NCBI GenBank assembly: GCA_017466405.1
Contig: JAFTUF010000041.1
Coordinates: forward strand, 10,119-74,118
DNA length: 64,000 nt
Source of the DNA: Bacteroidales bacterium
GTDB lineage: Bacteria; Bacteroidota; Bacteroidia; Bacteroidales; F082
Direction: 5' to 3'
Position numbers and translations under genes: made by a program. Of this stretch, positions 62,120-64,000 are shown in pieces. The notes beneath the pieces are model-generated. The model ran no database searches, was not told the DNA's origin, and saw only the letters and a list, made by a program, of their open reading frames with translations. The first letter of the stretch is position 1, and every line of letters begins with the position of its first letter.

Positions 62120-63571
62120 ATGAAAAAGTTATTTTTGATATTATTAGCAATTGTGCCTTTCTGCATCCAAGCCCAGAACATCAATGATGTCTATAGTGTC
62201 TCGACATCATACTACCAAGGCACAGCAAAGAGCATGGCAATGGGCAATGCAATGGGTGCCGTTGGTCAGGATTTCTCCTCCATCAGCATCAACCCTGCTG
62301 GCTTGGGACTATTCAGAAAACCAACATTTACGTTCACGCCTTCTATAATAACGACTTACACAAAGTCAGAGTTGAACGGTGAACTAGCGACAGAATCAAA
62401 AGCGAAACTGTCGGTAAACAATTTCGGTTATGTAGGCATTAACAACAAAGAAAAGAATGTGGTTAACTGGGCATTCGGAATGAATAGAACCAACAACTAT
62501 AACAACAGTATCTATGTTAACGCCTATAACGGAGACAATTCTCTAATAGATGCCTATCTGTGGGAAATAGCAGAAAACAACATCCTTAACAATGTTGAAT
62601 TAGAGCAATACTCCCCCACTTACATTTATCCTTTATGGGAAACATATCTCATCAACTTAGAAAGCGACGGAGGTTTGTCATCACCTGTTCCTATGGGTGG
62701 ATTAAGACAACTTAAAGGCGTCAACTCATGGGGCGGCACTAACGAATGGACTGTAACATCAAGCGTCAACTTCAACGACAGAATCTTTTTAGGCTTTTCT
62801 ATTAACATGCCTTACGTATATAACAGAAAAGTAAGCGACTACAAAGAAGATTTCTCAACAGAAACGTATAATAACTACTGGCTGCAAGAAGAAGTGATGT
62901 CAACCACAGGTTGGGGTGTCAACGGAAAAGTCGGCATCATTGCATATCCAGCACGTTGGATTCGTCTCGGCGCTTCGGTCCACACTCCTACATTATACGA
63001 ACTAACCGACAGCTGGAGAACAGAAACCATTGCCAATTTGGATGAATATAGAATTTACGAAAGTTTTGTTGTACCAACATCCTACTTCAGATATTCTATG
63101 ATGACACCTTGGAGACTCAACGGCAGCGCTGCCTTGATTTTCGGCAACTACGGAATGTTGACAGCCGACTATGAATACGTAGATTACAGACAGATAATGT
63201 TAGCAGCCGATGAATATGACTACACTATGTACAATCAAGGTATCAGAAACACATTCAGCCCAACGATGAATCTTAGAATCGGTACCGAATGGCGTTATCA
63301 GAACTATTGCTTCAGAGGCGGTTACGCATTCTATGGAAGTCCATACGGAATAACAGAAACGGATTATAGAAGAAATGCATTTTCCTGCGGCATCGGCTAC
63401 ACACAACATTTCCTAACAATAGATTTCGCTTACGTATATACACTTCAAAATCACAACTATAATTTATATTCACAATACACAAGCTATTACGACATCGCTC
63501 CTAACTTAATAGTGGATGAAAGAACCAATATGCATAACTTGGTCGTTTCATTAAAATTCCGGTTAAATTAA
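62120..63571 (+). CDS. outer-membrane beta-barrel protein (FadL/PorV-like architecture)
   Basis: 483 aa with a signal peptide ending IQAQ. N-terminal AMGNAMGAVGQDFSSISINPAGLG, alternating aromatic beta-strand pattern, and a C-terminal ...LVVSLKFRLN ending typical of OM barrels. Confidence 0.6.
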   Translation: MKKLFLILLAIVPFCIQAQNINDVYSVSTSYYQGTAKSMAMGNAMGAVGQDFSSISINPAGLGLFRKPTFTFTPSIITTYTKSELNGELATESKAKLSVNNFGYVGINNKEKNVVNWAFGMNRTNNYNNSIYVNAYNGDNSLIDAYLWEIAENNILNNVELEQYSPTYIYPLWETYLINLESDGGLSSPVPMGGLRQLKGVNSWGGTNEWTVTSSVNFNDRIFLGFSINMPYVYNRKVSDYKEDFSTETYNNYWLQEEVMSTTGWGVNGKVGIIAYPARWIRLGASVHTPTLYELTDSWRTETIANLDEYRIYESFVVPTSYFRYSMMTPWRLNGSAALIFGNYGMLTADYEYVDYRQIMLAADEYDYTMYNQGIRNTFSPTMNLRIGTEWRYQNYCFRGGYAFYGSPYGITETDYRRNAFSCGIGYTQHFLTIDFAYVYTLQNHNYNLYSQYTSYYDIAPNLIVDERTNMHNLVVSLKFRLN

Positions 63572-63590
63572 AAACGAGCATACAAAAAAA

Positions 63591-63620
63591 TAGAGGCATC
63601 TTTTCAGGTGCCTCTATTTA
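63591..63620. terminator. bidirectional terminator hairpin between convergent genes
   Basis: tagaggc atcttttcaggt gcctcta flanked by an A-run and a T-rich run. Confidence 0.7.
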
Positions 63621-63637
63621 TATTGAGTAATTTAAAA

Positions 63638-64000
63638 TCAATTGTTGTTGTACATACCAACGATATCCTCATCTATCAAGATACGTCCGCAATATTCACA
63701 AACGATGATTTTCTTGTGCATACGGATGTCTAATTGGTGCTGTGGTGGGATTTTGTTGAAGCAACCGCCACAAGCGTCACGTTCAATCTTAACAACTGCC
63801 AAACCGTTACGTGCATTTTTTCTGATGCGTTTGTATGCTGTAAGAAGACGCTCTTCAATAAGTTGTTCACTTTCTTTTGAACGAGCGATGAGTTCTTCTT
63901 CTTCTTTTTCTGTTTCTTCAACTATTGAAGAGAGTTCGCTTTTCTTAAGTTCTAAATCGCCTTTACGTTCTTCAAGACGTGCTTTAGTGTCTTCCAAAGA
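63638..64000 (-). CDS. zinc-ribbon/coiled-coil protein (COG1579-like), C-terminal part; N-terminus beyond the right edge
   Basis: Coiled-coil followed by CGGCFNKIPPQ...CEYCGRIL (C4 zinc ribbon). The frame is open to the window edge. Confidence 0.7.
   Translation of the reverse strand, partial: SLEDTKARLEERKGDLELKKSELSSIVEETEKEEEELIARSKESEQLIEERLLTAYKRIRKNARNGLAVVKIERDACGGCFNKIPPQHQLDIRMHKKIIVCEYCGRILIDEDIVGMYNNN

Noticed and set aside
61098-62184. Minus-strand ORFs (132, 86 and 127 aa) and short plus-strand alternative-frame ORFs within 60833-62101
   Set aside because: These are artefacts of low-complexity, repeat-like coding sequence. Only the plus-strand frame with the lipobox start runs through the whole region.

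Overview
This is a chromosomal segment from an AT-rich member of the Bacteroidota. The evidence is a tmRNA tag GENNYALAA, three cargo proteins with type IX secretion C-terminal domains, TTTG/TAnnTTTG promoter boxes, and Bacteroidales-type housekeeping genes. Most of the window is ordinary core genome: purB, lpdA, rfbC, uvrA, rsmG, an M16 peptidase, psd, cdsA, mazG, proS, tRNA-Val, tRNA-Arg and ssrA.

The main finding is a tightly packed nine-gene operon at 25322-36261, abutting the 3' end of ssrA and visibly more AT-rich than its flanks. It encodes, in order:
- a vWA-like lipoprotein
- a small 3-TM protein
- a tubulin/FtsZ-like GTPase
- a 1109-aa protein whose C-terminal half is an actin/Hsp70-like ATPase
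- a coiled-coil membrane protein
- a MotA/ExbB-like protein with a long coiled-coil tail, followed by a MotB/OmpA-like partner (Zorya ZorAB-like)
- a lipoprotein trypsin-like protease
- a small secreted protein

I do not recognise this combination as a described system. The operon is preceded by one of two paralogous, roughly 200-nt structured RNA leaders. Their helices are supported by five compensatory base-pair changes between the copies, and the two copies flank an hsdS remnant.

Other accessory content:
- an EcoRV-family R-M pair
- a PIN toxin with two paralogous small upstream genes
- a four-helix-bundle gene cassette bounded by inverted G-rich repeats that extend neighbouring ORFs
- a 5-alpha-reductase / OYE reductase / two-SDR cluster resembling bile-acid A-ring reduction clusters
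- tandemly duplicated T9SS cargo genes and PagL-like/GIN-domain modules
- several dispersed intergenic repeat families: a MITE-like multi-hairpin element, GAGACG...CGTCTC hairpins and heptamer arrays

All functional calls come from motif recognition by eye. No database search was run.
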